Below the pieces are notes generated by a model. The model worked only from the letters and a program-made list of their open reading frames with translations. It made no database searches and had not been told where the DNA came from. From assembly GCA_963712665.1 (NCBI GenBank), contig CAVQIV010000021.1, positions 161,922-225,921 on the forward strand: 64,000 bases of DNA. Reading direction: 5' to 3'. Within the stretch, counting starts at the first letter, position 1, and the number at the start of each line of letters is the position of its first letter. The DNA is from Thermoanaerobaculaceae bacterium. GTDB lineage: Bacteria; Acidobacteriota; Thermoanaerobaculia; Multivoradales; UBA5704. The position numbers were made by a program, and so were the translations under genes. This document shows, piece by piece, positions 8,610-17,994 of this stretch.

Positions 8610-10112
8610 ATGCTTCGCGAACGCCGCTGGTTTCGCCTCGTTGCCGGCCTGCTGCCGGCCTTGCTGCTGCTCGTCGCCGGGTGCTCGGCCAATCCGGCCA
8701 CGGGCAAGCAGCAGCTCAGCTTCTACAGCGAGCAGGAAGAGATCGCCATGGGCAAGGAGGCCGACGCGGACATCGTCCGCCAGGTGGGTCTCTATGACGA
8801 TCCGGCCGTCCAGGCCTACGTCTCGGACCTGGGGAAGAAGCTCGCCGCGGGCTCGGAGCGGCCGAATCTGCCCTGGAGCTTCAAGGTGCTGGACGACTCG
8901 GCCATCAACGCCTTCGCCCTGCCCGGCGGCTACGTCTACGTCACCCGCGGCATCCTCACCCATCTGGGATCGGAGGCGGAGCTGGCGACCGTGATGGGGC
9001 ATGAGATCGGCCACGTCACGGCGCGCCACAGCGTCAACCAGATGAGCAAGAAGACCCTGGCCACGGCGGGCCTGGGGATTGCCCTGATCCTCGCGGACTC
9101 CCAGGAGGCGGAGCTGGCGGCCGGGGTCGTCGCAGCGGGTCTGGGCCTCGTGTTCCTCGCCTACAGCCGGGGCGACGAGAGCCAGGCCGACGAGCTCGGG
9201 ATGCGCTATGCCCAGCGCTCGGGCTTCGACCTGCGCGAGAGCCCCGAGGTCTTCCGCCTCCTCGACCGCGCCCAGAAGGTCGAGGGGGCCGGCGGGCGGC
9301 TCCCCCGCTGGCTCTCCACCCATCCGGACCCGGGCTCGCGCCGCCAGCGCCTGGAGGAGAAGGTCACCAAGATGGAGAAGGAGGGCACGAAGTTCGACGG
9401 CACCACCGTCAACCACGACGGGTATCTCGCCCGGCTCGACGGCATGCGGTTCGGCGACGACCCCCGGGGCGGCTTCGTCCGTGGCGGTACGTACTTCCAG
9501 CCCCTGATGAAGTTCCAGCTCGCGTTTCCCGCCGGCTGGAGCCCTGAAAGGGAGAAGGATTCGATCCTGGCCCGGAGCCCGAAGGAGGACGCCTTCCTCC
9601 AGGTCGGGCTGGCGGGCGAGGGCTCGCCCCAGGAGGCCACCGAGGCGTTCTTCAAGGACGGCGACCTGACGCGGGAGAAGTCCTGGGAGCGCAAGGCGAA
9701 CAACGATCCCGCGGTCTGGACCCGCCTCGCCGCCAAGGTGAGCGGCAAGGAGGTCCGCGGCACGGTGGTCTTCGTCTCCCACCAGGGGGTGCTCTACCAG
9801 ATCCTCGGAGTGGCCAAGAAGGACGCGTGGCCCGGCTATCAGGCCGCTCTCGATCAGGCCATGGAGAGCTTCGCCCGCACCACCGATCCCAAGATCCTCG
9901 GCATCCAGGCGTGGCGCCTGAAGATCGTCCAGCTCAAGAAGGCCATGACCCTGGAGGAGTTCAACCACGCCTACCCCTCGGCCGTGCCCATCGAGACCGT
10001 GGCCCTCATCAACCACGTGGAGCCCGGGGGCACCCTGGAGGCCGGCCGCGCCGCCAAGCAGGTGGTGGAAGGATCTGTGGAGCCGCCGAAGCCAGCAAAG
10101 AAAAAGAAATAA
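8610..10112 (+). CDS. M48-family zinc metallopeptidase lipoprotein (BepA/YfgC-like)
   Basis: Lipobox 'LLLLVAGCS' and HExxH motif 'MGHEIGHVTARH'. 500 aa. Confidence 0.9.
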   Translation: MLRERRWFRLVAGLLPALLLLVAGCSANPATGKQQLSFYSEQEEIAMGKEADADIVRQVGLYDDPAVQAYVSDLGKKLAAGSERPNLPWSFKVLDDSAINAFALPGGYVYVTRGILTHLGSEAELATVMGHEIGHVTARHSVNQMSKKTLATAGLGIALILADSQEAELAAGVVAAGLGLVFLAYSRGDESQADELGMRYAQRSGFDLRESPEVFRLLDRAQKVEGAGGRLPRWLSTHPDPGSRRQRLEEKVTKMEKEGTKFDGTTVNHDGYLARLDGMRFGDDPRGGFVRGGTYFQPLMKFQLAFPAGWSPEREKDSILARSPKEDAFLQVGLAGEGSPQEATEAFFKDGDLTREKSWERKANNDPAVWTRLAAKVSGKEVRGTVVFVSHQGVLYQILGVAKKDAWPGYQAALDQAMESFARTTDPKILGIQAWRLKIVQLKKAMTLEEFNHAYPSAVPIETVALINHVEPGGTLEAGRAAKQVVEGSVEPPKPAKKKK

Positions 10113-10126
10113 GCTGAGCGGAGAGA

Positions 10127-10162
10127 CCCCCTGGGAGCGCCGGCGTCCCCGCCGGCAACTTA
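10127..10162. repeat. REP-like hairpin element, copy 1 (GCCGGCG-TCCC-CGCCGGC followed by AACTTA)
   Basis: Stem 10139-10145 pairs with 10150-10156. It lies between the convergent M48 and cytochrome c genes. Related copies are at 51936-51970 and 53541-53573. Confidence 0.7.
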
Positions 10163-10690
10163 CTTGGCTTTTTCTTCCTTCGCTTTTTCCTCTTTTCCCG
10201 GAGCCGCTGCCGGCACCGCGGCCTTCTGCTCCAGCAGATAGGCCAGGAGGTCCGCCGCGTCCTGAAGGGTGACCAGGGTGGAGTACTCGGGCATGGCGCT
10301 GGGCCCTCTGGCAGGGAGCGCCGCCCTTGCACTCCGGCGCGATGAAGGAGTCCGGATTGAGGATCGACTCGTAGATGTACTGCGCCGCCGGCTCGCCCTG
10401 GACCCGGTGGTCGGCCACGAGGCCGATGCTCCCCAGGTGGGGGCCGATGTTGTTGCTCTCGGGCACGTGCGGGTCGCCGTGGCAGGCGCTGCAGCCGTAG
10501 ACCTCGTCGTAGAGCCGCTCGCCCCGGCCGGCGTCGGCGATGGGCAGCAGCAGCCGCGCGTCGGGAGGCAGGGCCTCGCCGCCCCGCGGCCGCAGGTGGA
10601 AGTGCTCGGGAGCTTCGGGGATGGCGAAGTACGCCGTCTTGCGCCCCCGCTCGGTGGCGACCGCTGGCGGCGCAATCCCGATGCCGATCC
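10160..10690 (-). pseudogene. Cytochrome c domain gene: no start codon or signal peptide, plus one frame change
   Basis: The minus strand reads ...GERLYDEVYGCSACHGDPHVPESNNIGPHLGSIGLVADHRVQGEPAAQYIYESILNPDSFIAPEC (CxxCH haem motif). After a 1-nt shift (~10300-10330) it continues MPEYSTLVTLQDAADLLAYLLEQKAAVPAAAPGKEEKAKEEKAK*. Upstream, the frame runs without any ATG/GTG/TTG into the antisense of the MCO gene. Confidence 0.6.
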
Positions 10691-13600
10691 CAACAGCAAC
10701 TTCTGGAAGGGCCTGACCAAGGTCCCGAAGCAGACCTTGACGTCGGTCATGCTCGACTCGCAGTCGATCGGACCCGGCGCCAGCTACAACCTCGAGCACG
10801 AGTGCGGCGCCGGTGGCTGCCAGCAGGGCGAGGGCGAGTTCCTCTACCACTGCCACATCGGCCACCACTACGTCGGCGGTATGTGGGGATTCTGGCGCGT
10901 CTTCGCCACTACGCAGACGGAACAGTCCGACATGCACGGCCACGGGCTGTACGTCGAGCCCCGTCTGTATCAGGAAGACAACGTGTTCTCCAACGATGAG
11001 GCGCCGTCCAATACGCCGCCGCTGGCGGGCGTCTCGGCCGGGCAGCTCATCGGCGTCAAGGTGGACTGGAACCGCACCATCGTCGCCGACAGCAGCTTCA
11101 GCAACCCGTTCACCCAGGTCAAGCTGAGCGACTGGGTCTTCGGGCAGCTTCCCCCGCAGGGCGTGCGTCTGGACAACAGCGACGCCACGGTGTGGGACTG
11201 GACCTCCACCGGCGCCAACGACGCGACCCTCAAGGTGTTCGGCGAGCCGGAGGAGACCCGGCAGATGGCCAACTGGAAATCGTCCAACCCCGGGGTGAGA
11301 CCGGAGGTGATGTTCAACCCGAAGAACGGCCGCTACGCCTGGCCGCTGTTCCGGCCGCACGCCGCGGCGCGGCCACCGTTCTCGGCCCGTCACTCCGGGG
11401 CGCCGTGGCTCGGCGAGCAGATGATCCCCGGCCGCATGGACGGCCTGTGCGCCAACAACTTCGTGAAGGACGGCGTCAACGTGGGCTTGAAGGCGCAGCG
11501 GTTCTATCCGGTGAGCGCCATCACTCTGCCCATCCAGGTGGCGCGCACCACACCTCCCGCCGTGCCGGGCGGCCCGCCTGCGGGTCTCGCCGGGGGTATC
11601 GATCCCAACGGCATGATCTACGTGCTCAACGAGCAGAAGAACGACGTCCGTGCCGGCCTGCGGCCCGCTGAGCCGCTCACCCTGCGCTCCAACGTCGGCG
11701 ACTGCGTCGAGGTCATCTTCACCAGCGAGATCCCCGACGGGCCGCTCAACAACAACTACTCGAAGGTCAACATCCACAGCCACTTCGTGCAGTTCGACAC
11801 CCAGGCCTCCGACGGCGTGGTCACCGGCTTCTCCTACGAGCAGTCGGTGCGCCCGTACGCCACCGAGAACCGCACGCTGACTCAGGCGGTGACCCCCCTG
11901 ACCAGCACCCTCAAGGTGACCAACGTCAATCGGCTGCGGGTCGGAATCGACATCGGCATCGGCCTCGGGGAGGGGACCTGCGGCAGCATTCTGGGCCAGC
12001 CCTTCCCGTGCACCGAGGTCCGCAGGATCACCTCGATCACGGCGCCCGGCACCATTACCGTCGACCTGCCGCTGCTGCTGAACCACCCGGTCGGCCAGGC
12101 GGTGGGCGTCGAGTTCGTCAAGTACGACTGGTACTCGGACGTCGACGTCGGCACGGTGTTCTTCCACACCCACGTCGAAACCAAGGACTGGGATCACGGC
12201 CTCTTTGGCGCTCACATCGTGGAGCCGAAGGGCTCGACCTACCACGACCCGACGACCGGTGCCGAGATCCGCGCCGGCACCATCGCGGACATCCACGTCA
12301 ATCCGTTCTTCGGCGGCAAGCCGGTTGCGGCCGGCGTCAACGGCTCGTTCCGCGAGTTCATGCTCTTCCTGCACAACATGAACCCCGTGGTCGGCCAGTT
12401 CCAGTTCGGCGGCGGCACCATCAACCTGCGCGCCGAGCCCTGGTCGATACGGTTCGCGACGAACCCCGACCCGGCGAACCTGTTCTCGTCGACCGTGCAC
12501 GGGGATCCCATCACCCCGACGGTCCGTGCCTACGGGGGAGACCCGATCGTCTTCCGCGGCCTGGGCCTGGTCGACAAGGTGGGCGGCATCCGGGTGACCG
12601 GACACCGCTTCAACATCGAGCGCCACAGCGCGAATTCGGACCTGCGCGACACCACCTTCATCGGCATCTCCGAGCGCTACGACTTCGCGCTGGACGGCGG
12701 GGCCGGCGGGCCGAAGAAGTATCCGGGCGACTACCTGTACTACTCGACTCTGACCAAGGACTTCCAGTCCGGCGCCTGGGGCCTGATGCGCGTCTACGAC
12801 CAGTTGCAGGGCAATCTCCAGCCGTTGCCCGACCGGGATTCCCCCAGCGGCACGTCGGGCTTCCCGGCGTTCGCGCCGGGAACCGGCACGCCGGCGACAT
12901 CGCTCGCCGACGGTCCAGGCAACGCCTGCCCGCCGGCCGCGGTCCGCAAGACCTACAACCTGTCGATCGCCGACACGACCATCATCTACAACAACCTGGT
13001 TCCCTCTCCGGCCACTCCGGGACAGCCCGGCACCGCCTACTTCCTGAACGGCGACCCGATCACCAACACCAGGACGCCCATGGTGGTCCGCGTCAACAAG
13101 GGGGATTGCCTCCAAGTCAACCTCACCAACCTGCGCGCCACCAAGCGGTCGGGGTTCAGCGTCGGCAAGCTGCTCTTCGATCCGCAGCGTTCCTACGGCG
13201 CCGCCATCGGGCTCAACTTCGACTCGTCAGTGGCTCCGGCGGCGACGCGGACCTACGAGTACTACGCCGACAAGGACCTCAGCCTGGCGCTGGTGCTCAA
13301 CCTCTCCGACGTCAACTCCATCCTGACCGGCGGCTTCGGCGGTGTGGTGGTGGAGCCTCAGGGCTCGACCTACCGCAGCCCGGGAACCTTGAGTCCGCTG
13401 CCGGGTGACGGCGCCGGCGTCCAGGCCGACATCGTCACAGGTGGGCTCGCCTCCCGCGAGGTCGTGTCGCTGATCACCGACAACGAGCTCAACATGTCGC
13501 AGGACCACATGCCGTATCCCGACGCCAACCAGAACAACACCGCGGAGAGCTACACCAACGAGCCGTGGACCCTGCGCAACTTCGTGGCCGACCCGGCCAA

Positions 13601-14345
13601 CGTCTACGCCTCGCCGCTGTGGGGCGACCCGCGGCATCTGGTGACGTTGCCCAAGGGTGCATCACTCACCTACCGCGTCGGCTCGGTCTGGGGTCAGATG
13701 CCCCACGCGCCGATGGTCGAGGGTCACCGCTATCGCCAGGAGCCGGGCATGCCCGGCTCCGAGGTGCTGTACAGCGACGTGGTGGCTCCCGGCATGACCC
13801 TCACCATGGAGTACTTAGGTGGCGCCGGCGGTGACCTGAACGCTCCCGGCGACTACCTCTACTTCGATCGCGGCCTGCTCTTCGCCCAGGGCGGTGTGTG
13901 GCACATCGTGCGGGTGACCGATGGCTCGGGGGCCTTCGCCGCCACCGACGCCATCACCGTCACCGGTGGCAGCAGCGGTGCCGGCAAGACCACTCTCCGC
14001 GGCTTCGTCAGCACCAAGCCGGCAGGCGACACCGTCGGCCGGCTCGCGGTGTTCGACGGTATCGAAGCCAAGGGCAAGTGCACCGGCAAACGCCTGGGCA
14101 ACGTCCAGGTGGACCGTGGCAGCGGCCGTTGGCAGCTCGACCTCGGGGCCCAGGCTCCGAAGCAGGTCTGCCTCCAGTCACCCGGCGGCGGCGTGGTCAG
14201 CGCTTCAATGGCCAACCCGGTGGCGGAGCGGACGCAGAAGATGCTCGCCTCGGCCGCTGAGGTCAAGCGGCAGCAGGATCTACAGCAGAAGTTCCTGAAG
14301 GAGTTCGACGAGTTGGAGAAGATGCAGGAGGAGGAGCAGCAGTAA
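10674..14345 (+). CDS. Very large multicopper-oxidase-like protein (>1200 aa), apparently 5'-truncated
   Basis: Sensible sequence begins at NPDADPNSNFWKGL. It carries a type-1/trinuclear Cu motif 'LYHCHIGHHYVGGMWG' (HCH at 10848-10856), 'NIHSHFVQFD' (11775-11783) and 'VFFHTHVETKDWDHGLFGAHIVEP' (12164-12172). There is no signal peptide. The upstream part of track ORF 10269.. is antisense of the cytochrome c gene. Confidence 0.65.
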   Translation, partial: NPDADPNSNFWKGLTKVPKQTLTSVMLDSQSIGPGASYNLEHECGAGGCQQGEGEFLYHCHIGHHYVGGMWGFWRVFATTQTEQSDMHGHGLYVEPRLYQEDNVFSNDEAPSNTPPLAGVSAGQLIGVKVDWNRTIVADSSFSNPFTQVKLSDWVFGQLPPQGVRLDNSDATVWDWTSTGANDATLKVFGEPEETRQMANWKSSNPGVRPEVMFNPKNGRYAWPLFRPHAAARPPFSARHSGAPWLGEQMIPGRMDGLCANNFVKDGVNVGLKAQRFYPVSAITLPIQVARTTPPAVPGGPPAGLAGGIDPNGMIYVLNEQKNDVRAGLRPAEPLTLRSNVGDCVEVIFTSEIPDGPLNNNYSKVNIHSHFVQFDTQASDGVVTGFSYEQSVRPYATENRTLTQAVTPLTSTLKVTNVNRLRVGIDIGIGLGEGTCGSILGQPFPCTEVRRITSITAPGTITVDLPLLLNHPVGQAVGVEFVKYDWYSDVDVGTVFFHTHVETKDWDHGLFGAHIVEPKGSTYHDPTTGAEIRAGTIADIHVNPFFGGKPVAAGVNGSFREFMLFLHNMNPVVGQFQFGGGTINLRAEPWSIRFATNPDPANLFSSTVHGDPITPTVRAYGGDPIVFRGLGLVDKVGGIRVTGHRFNIERHSANSDLRDTTFIGISERYDFALDGGAGGPKKYPGDYLYYSTLTKDFQSGAWGLMRVYDQLQGNLQPLPDRDSPSGTSGFPAFAPGTGTPATSLADGPGNACPPAAVRKTYNLSIADTTIIYNNLVPSPATPGQPGTAYFLNGDPITNTRTPMVVRVNKGDCLQVNLTNLRATKRSGFSVGKLLFDPQRSYGAAIGLNFDSSVAPAATRTYEYYADKDLSLALVLNLSDVNSILTGGFGGVVVEPQGSTYRSPGTLSPLPGDGAGVQADIVTGGLASREVVSLITDNELNMSQDHMPYPDANQNNTAESYTNEPWTLRNFVADPANVYASPLWGDPRHLVTLPKGASLTYRVGSVWGQMPHAPMVEGHRYRQEPGMPGSEVLYSDVVAPGMTLTMEYLGGAGGDLNAPGDYLYFDRGLLFAQGGVWHIVRVTDGSGAFAATDAITVTGGSSGAGKTTLRGFVSTKPAGDTVGRLAVFDGIEAKGKCTGKRLGNVQVDRGSGRWQLDLGAQAPKQVCLQSPGGGVVSASMANPVAERTQKMLASAAEVKRQQDLQQKFLKEFDELEKMQEEEQQ

Positions 14346-14455
14346 GGCTCTCTCCCTCTTTGGATTGCAATCCGCCGTGGCCGGGTGCTTGGACACCCGG
14401 TCATGGCTCCGCCCCCGGCGGGGGGTTTTCACTTTTCGCTCTGGAGATTCGCACG

Positions 14456-15331
14456 ATGCGCCAAGCTGTACGCAACAAGCTGTTCATCGCCGCCTGCGCC
14501 CTCCTCACCATGGCTGCCCTGCCGGTGCCGCCGAGCGGCACACGCCAGGGCTGGCACGGCGAAACCATGCCGGAGGGTCTCGAACGCGGCAAGAAGGAAG
14601 GGGAGTACGTCTGGAAGAAGGACGGCACCATCATGGTCTACGTCCCTCCCGGTCCATTCACCATGGGGAGCGACAAGGGCGAGGTCGCCGAGAAGCCGGC
14701 CCACACGGTCGAGCTGGACGGCTTCTACATCGACAAATACGAGGTCTCGTGGCGGAAGTGGAAGGCCTCGGGCCTCCCTTACCTGGAAGGGCGCGACGAC
14801 CGGCTGCAGACCGTCCAGGCGCCGGACTGGGGGATCCACGACGGCCAGCCGGTGGTCAACGTCTCCTGGATCGAGGCCAAGAAGTACGTCGCCTGGGCCG
14901 GCAAGCGCCTGCCCACGGAGGCGGAGTGGGAGAAGGCGGCCCGCGGCACCGACGGGCGTGAGTATCCGTGGGGCAACGAGCCGATCACCAACGAGCGCGC
15001 CATCTCGCGCGAGCACCCCATCTCGGAGATCTCCACCGCACCGGTCAACTGCTGCCAGGCGGGAGCCTCTCCCTATGGCGCCGTCAACATGGCCGGCAAC
15101 GTCTGGGAGTGGTGTGAGGACTCCTACACTCCCGCCTACTATACGGTCTCGCCGCGCAAGAATCCGCTCAACCAGGAGGGGGGCAACATCAAGATCGTGC
15201 GCGGCGGCGCCATGCAGCTCAACTCCAGGTACCTGCGCACCTACAGCCGCTACTGGCTCGCCGACGTCGAGCGGATCTCCGACGTCGGTTTCCGCACGGT
15301 GGTGAGCGGGGTCGAGGCCCCAAAACCGTAA
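14456..15331 (+). CDS. Formylglycine-generating-enzyme family protein (FGE-sulfatase/SUMF1 domain; NirV-like context), secreted
   Basis: Starts at MRQAVRNKLFIAACALLTMAALP (signal peptide). It contains 'FYIDKYEVS', 'RLPTEAEWEKAARG', 'YPWGN', 'NVWEWCEDSY' and 'RGGA'. Confidence 0.85.
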   Translation: MRQAVRNKLFIAACALLTMAALPVPPSGTRQGWHGETMPEGLERGKKEGEYVWKKDGTIMVYVPPGPFTMGSDKGEVAEKPAHTVELDGFYIDKYEVSWRKWKASGLPYLEGRDDRLQTVQAPDWGIHDGQPVVNVSWIEAKKYVAWAGKRLPTEAEWEKAARGTDGREYPWGNEPITNERAISREHPISEISTAPVNCCQAGASPYGAVNMAGNVWEWCEDSYTPAYYTVSPRKNPLNQEGGNIKIVRGGAMQLNSRYLRTYSRYWLADVERISDVGFRTVVSGVEAPKP

Positions 15332-15350
15332 ATTTCGGGAGAGATTCCGC

Positions 15351-17909
15351 ATGCTTGTCTGGCTTCGCCCTCTGCTGGCCGCTCTGGCCCTGCTCGGCGC
15401 CACGACTTTAGGATCGGGCGCGGCGCTCGACACTCACCTCGTGAAGGACGTCAATCCCATCCCCCGGGCTCAAGGCTCCGATCCGCAGGGAGTCGTGATG
15501 GTCGGCGGTCTCGCCTTCTTCGTCGCCGGGGATGGCGAGACGGGCCGGGAGCTGTGGCGCACGGACGGCACCGCGGCCGGGACCTTCCAGCTCGTCGACG
15601 CCTGCCCGGGGGCGTGCAGCGGCAACCCCGTCGTGGTGGCGCGAACCGAGAGGTCCGTGTTCTTCCGTGCTTTCTCCCAGGGCTTCAGCACCGTAGACCT
15701 GTGGGTGACGGACGGCTCGGCCGCGGGCACGGTCCGGCTCGCCCGCTCCCTTCTCCTCTCGGAAGCCGGGGGCCGGAGCCTCTGGATGGCCAGCCAGGGC
15801 GTGCTCTACTTCACCGCCAACGACCTCGTCCATGGTGCCGAGCTCTGGCGCTCCGACGGAACGCCCGCCGGGACCTTCCAGGTGACGGAGCTGCGCCCGG
15901 GGTTCGCCGGCTCCGATCCCGCCGAGCTCACCGCCGTGGACGGGCACCTCTACTTCCGTGCCGACGACGGCGTGCTTGGGCCCGCGCTGTGGACGAGCGA
16001 CGGCACGGCCGCGGGCACCCGGTTGGTCCGCGATCCCCTCCCGGGCTCGGCCGCGCACGCCGGCCCCTCCCTGCTGCGAGCCGTGGGGCGGACCCTCTTT
16101 TTCGTCGCCCCGGTGACCCGCAAGCGGGACGCTCTGTGGAAGAGCGGCGGCACCTCGAAGGGCACCTCGCCGGTGATCGATTTCGTCTCCTCGCCGCAGG
16201 CCCCCGCCTTCCGCGACGCCATGGTGCTGGGAAACCGCCTGCTGTTCGTGGGAGGGAGTGGCGCGGAGCTGTGGGTCTCAGACGGGAAGAAGAACGGCAC
16301 CACGCCCCTGACCCACCTCGCTCCGGCCTCGCCCTTCCTGCCGCTCACCGGCACCGGTCGCCTGCTGCCCGAGACCTCTCTCAACGGCCGGATGGTGCTG
16401 CGGGTGGACGACGGCGTGCACGGCGCCGAGCCCTGGGTCACGGACGGCACCCGCCGGGGCACCCGGCTGCTGCGCGACCTCTGCCCCGGCGTCTGCATCG
16501 GAGCCCTGGCCCTCGATCCGGCCGGAATCGTGCGCTCGCCGGCCGGCGACCTCCTCCTGTTTTCCGGCAACGATGGCACCGACCTCGGTGATGGGGTCGA
16601 ACCCTGGGTGACGGACGGCACGCCGGCCGGCACCCGGAAGGTGGCGGATCTCTGTCCCGGCCCCTGCAGCTCCTCGCCCGCAGCCATGTCCGTCCGCACC
16701 GCTGGAGGCAAGGCCTTCTTCTTCGCCGACGACGGCACCCACGGCTTCGAGCTGTGGGCGAGCGACGGCACGGCCGCCGGCACGCGGCTGGCTGCGGAGC
16801 TCACCCCGGGGGAGGAGCCCGCGGTCGCCCCGGAAATCACTGCCGCCGCCGACAGCGACGGCAGGCTCTTCTTCGTGATCCGCCGCCTCGGCGAGCCGGG
16901 CTCCGGGCTCTGGCGATCGGACGGCACGCCGGAAGGCACCGTGCGGCTGACCCCTCTGGAGTTGGAGGTGAGCGCCAGGGAAGCCGTCCGTGCCCTGGGC
17001 AGTCGGGTTTTCTTCGTTGCCGCCGACGCCGACCATGGCGAGGAGATGTGGACGAGCGACGGCACCCCCGAGGGGACCCGGCTGCTGGCGGACCTCGAGC
17101 CGGGCGCCGCGGGCTCGCAGCCGCAGGGCCTCACCGTGTTCAAGGGCCGCCTCTACTTCTCCGCCGACGTAGGGGAGAGCGGTCGCGAGCTGTGGGCGAG
17201 CGATGGCAATCCGGAGGGGACCGTCCTCGTCAAGGACGTCGATCCCCGGCCCGGCCACGGGTCCTCGCCCCAGCTCCTCACCGAGCACGCCGGCCGGCTC
17301 TTCTTCTTCGCCGCCGACGAGGAGCACGGCCAGGAGCTGTGGGAGACCGACGGCACCGCTGCCGGCACCACCCTCGCCGCCGACCTGGCGCCGGGCTCCG
17401 GCGGATTCTCCATCTCCCACCTCGTCTCCGCGGGCTCCCACCTCTTTTTCTCCGGCGGTCCCAGCGACCTGTCGCAGCAGGGCCTGTGGGTCAGCGACGG
17501 GACCGCTGCCGGGACTCGCCTGCTCGTCGACGTCCTCATCCAGCCCGACGTCCGGCCCATCCAGGCTCCGGCGGCGCTCAGCGACCGGATCTTCTTCGCC
17601 TCCATCGGGGACCAGGTCTTGTGGACGAGCGACGGCACCGAAGAGGGGACGGCCCCCCTCTTGACCGCCAACGGCATGCAAATCTGCGAGCCGGAGTCCT
17701 ACCAGGTCTTTGCGGGCCGGCTGATCTTCAGCGCCGAGGGCGGGCTCTACGAGTCCGACGGCACGGAGGCCGGGACGGCCAAGGTCCTGGACCTGGCGGC
17801 GCCTTCCGACGCCTCCTTCTTCGAGGTGGTTCCAGCCGGCTCCCGCCTGGTCTTCCGCAAGTGGGACCGGCTCACGGGCTCGGAGCTCTGGGCCCTGGAG
17901 GCCGAATGA
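15351..17909 (+). CDS. ELWxxDGT-repeat protein, secreted
   Basis: Signal peptide, then more than 12 repeats of the form 'G.ELW.SDGT.AGT.LV.D..PG'. Confidence 0.85.
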   Translation: MLVWLRPLLAALALLGATTLGSGAALDTHLVKDVNPIPRAQGSDPQGVVMVGGLAFFVAGDGETGRELWRTDGTAAGTFQLVDACPGACSGNPVVVARTERSVFFRAFSQGFSTVDLWVTDGSAAGTVRLARSLLLSEAGGRSLWMASQGVLYFTANDLVHGAELWRSDGTPAGTFQVTELRPGFAGSDPAELTAVDGHLYFRADDGVLGPALWTSDGTAAGTRLVRDPLPGSAAHAGPSLLRAVGRTLFFVAPVTRKRDALWKSGGTSKGTSPVIDFVSSPQAPAFRDAMVLGNRLLFVGGSGAELWVSDGKKNGTTPLTHLAPASPFLPLTGTGRLLPETSLNGRMVLRVDDGVHGAEPWVTDGTRRGTRLLRDLCPGVCIGALALDPAGIVRSPAGDLLLFSGNDGTDLGDGVEPWVTDGTPAGTRKVADLCPGPCSSSPAAMSVRTAGGKAFFFADDGTHGFELWASDGTAAGTRLAAELTPGEEPAVAPEITAAADSDGRLFFVIRRLGEPGSGLWRSDGTPEGTVRLTPLELEVSAREAVRALGSRVFFVAADADHGEEMWTSDGTPEGTRLLADLEPGAAGSQPQGLTVFKGRLYFSADVGESGRELWASDGNPEGTVLVKDVDPRPGHGSSPQLLTEHAGRLFFFAADEEHGQELWETDGTAAGTTLAADLAPGSGGFSISHLVSAGSHLFFSGGPSDLSQQGLWVSDGTAAGTRLLVDVLIQPDVRPIQAPAALSDRIFFASIGDQVLWTSDGTEEGTAPLLTANGMQICEPESYQVFAGRLIFSAEGGLYESDGTEAGTAKVLDLAAPSDASFFEVVPAGSRLVFRKWDRLTGSELWALEAE

Positions 17910-17962
17910 CAACTGTCACCCCAAAGTCCTGACATCCCTCCCTGGGTCCCTTCCGGGCGTGC

Positions 17963-17981
17963 TTCCAGAATGTCTCTGGAA
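17963..17981. promoter_or_regulatory. Palindrome TTCCAGA-N5-TCTGGAA just upstream of the ABC operon RBS
   Basis: The 7-bp arms (17963-17969 / 17975-17981) are perfect. It lies 14 nt before the ATG at 17995. It could be an operator or a terminator for the upstream gene. Confidence 0.25.
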
Positions 17982-17994
17982 ACGGAGGGACCTC

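Noticed and set aside
10685-11960. An 11-nt inverted match (ATCGGCATCGG at ~10685-10695, reverse-complemented, versus 11950-11960) as the breakpoints of an inversion explaining the truncated MCO/cytochrome c junction
   Set aside because: Mentally re-inverting the segment does not restore a sensible upstream sequence for either gene. An 11-mer match of GC-rich Gly-Ile codons is plausibly chance.
8574-13115. 1513-aa ORF on the minus strand
   Set aside because: It is an antisense shadow of the M48 peptidase and MCO genes: Arg/Gly/Val/Asp-rich, with no motifs, in ~70% GC DNA. Only its segment at ~10330-10690 is real, the cytochrome c haem domain (the C-terminal tail at 10160-10300 lies in another frame), which I annotated separately.
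14362-14400. 12-nt perfect palindrome GGATTGCAATCC and the hairpin CCGGGTG-N6-CACCCGG between the MCO and FGE-like genes, as a terminator or operator
   Set aside because: The stems are short, there is no U-tract, and the genes are probably co-transcribed. I noted them but did not consider them strong enough to annotate.
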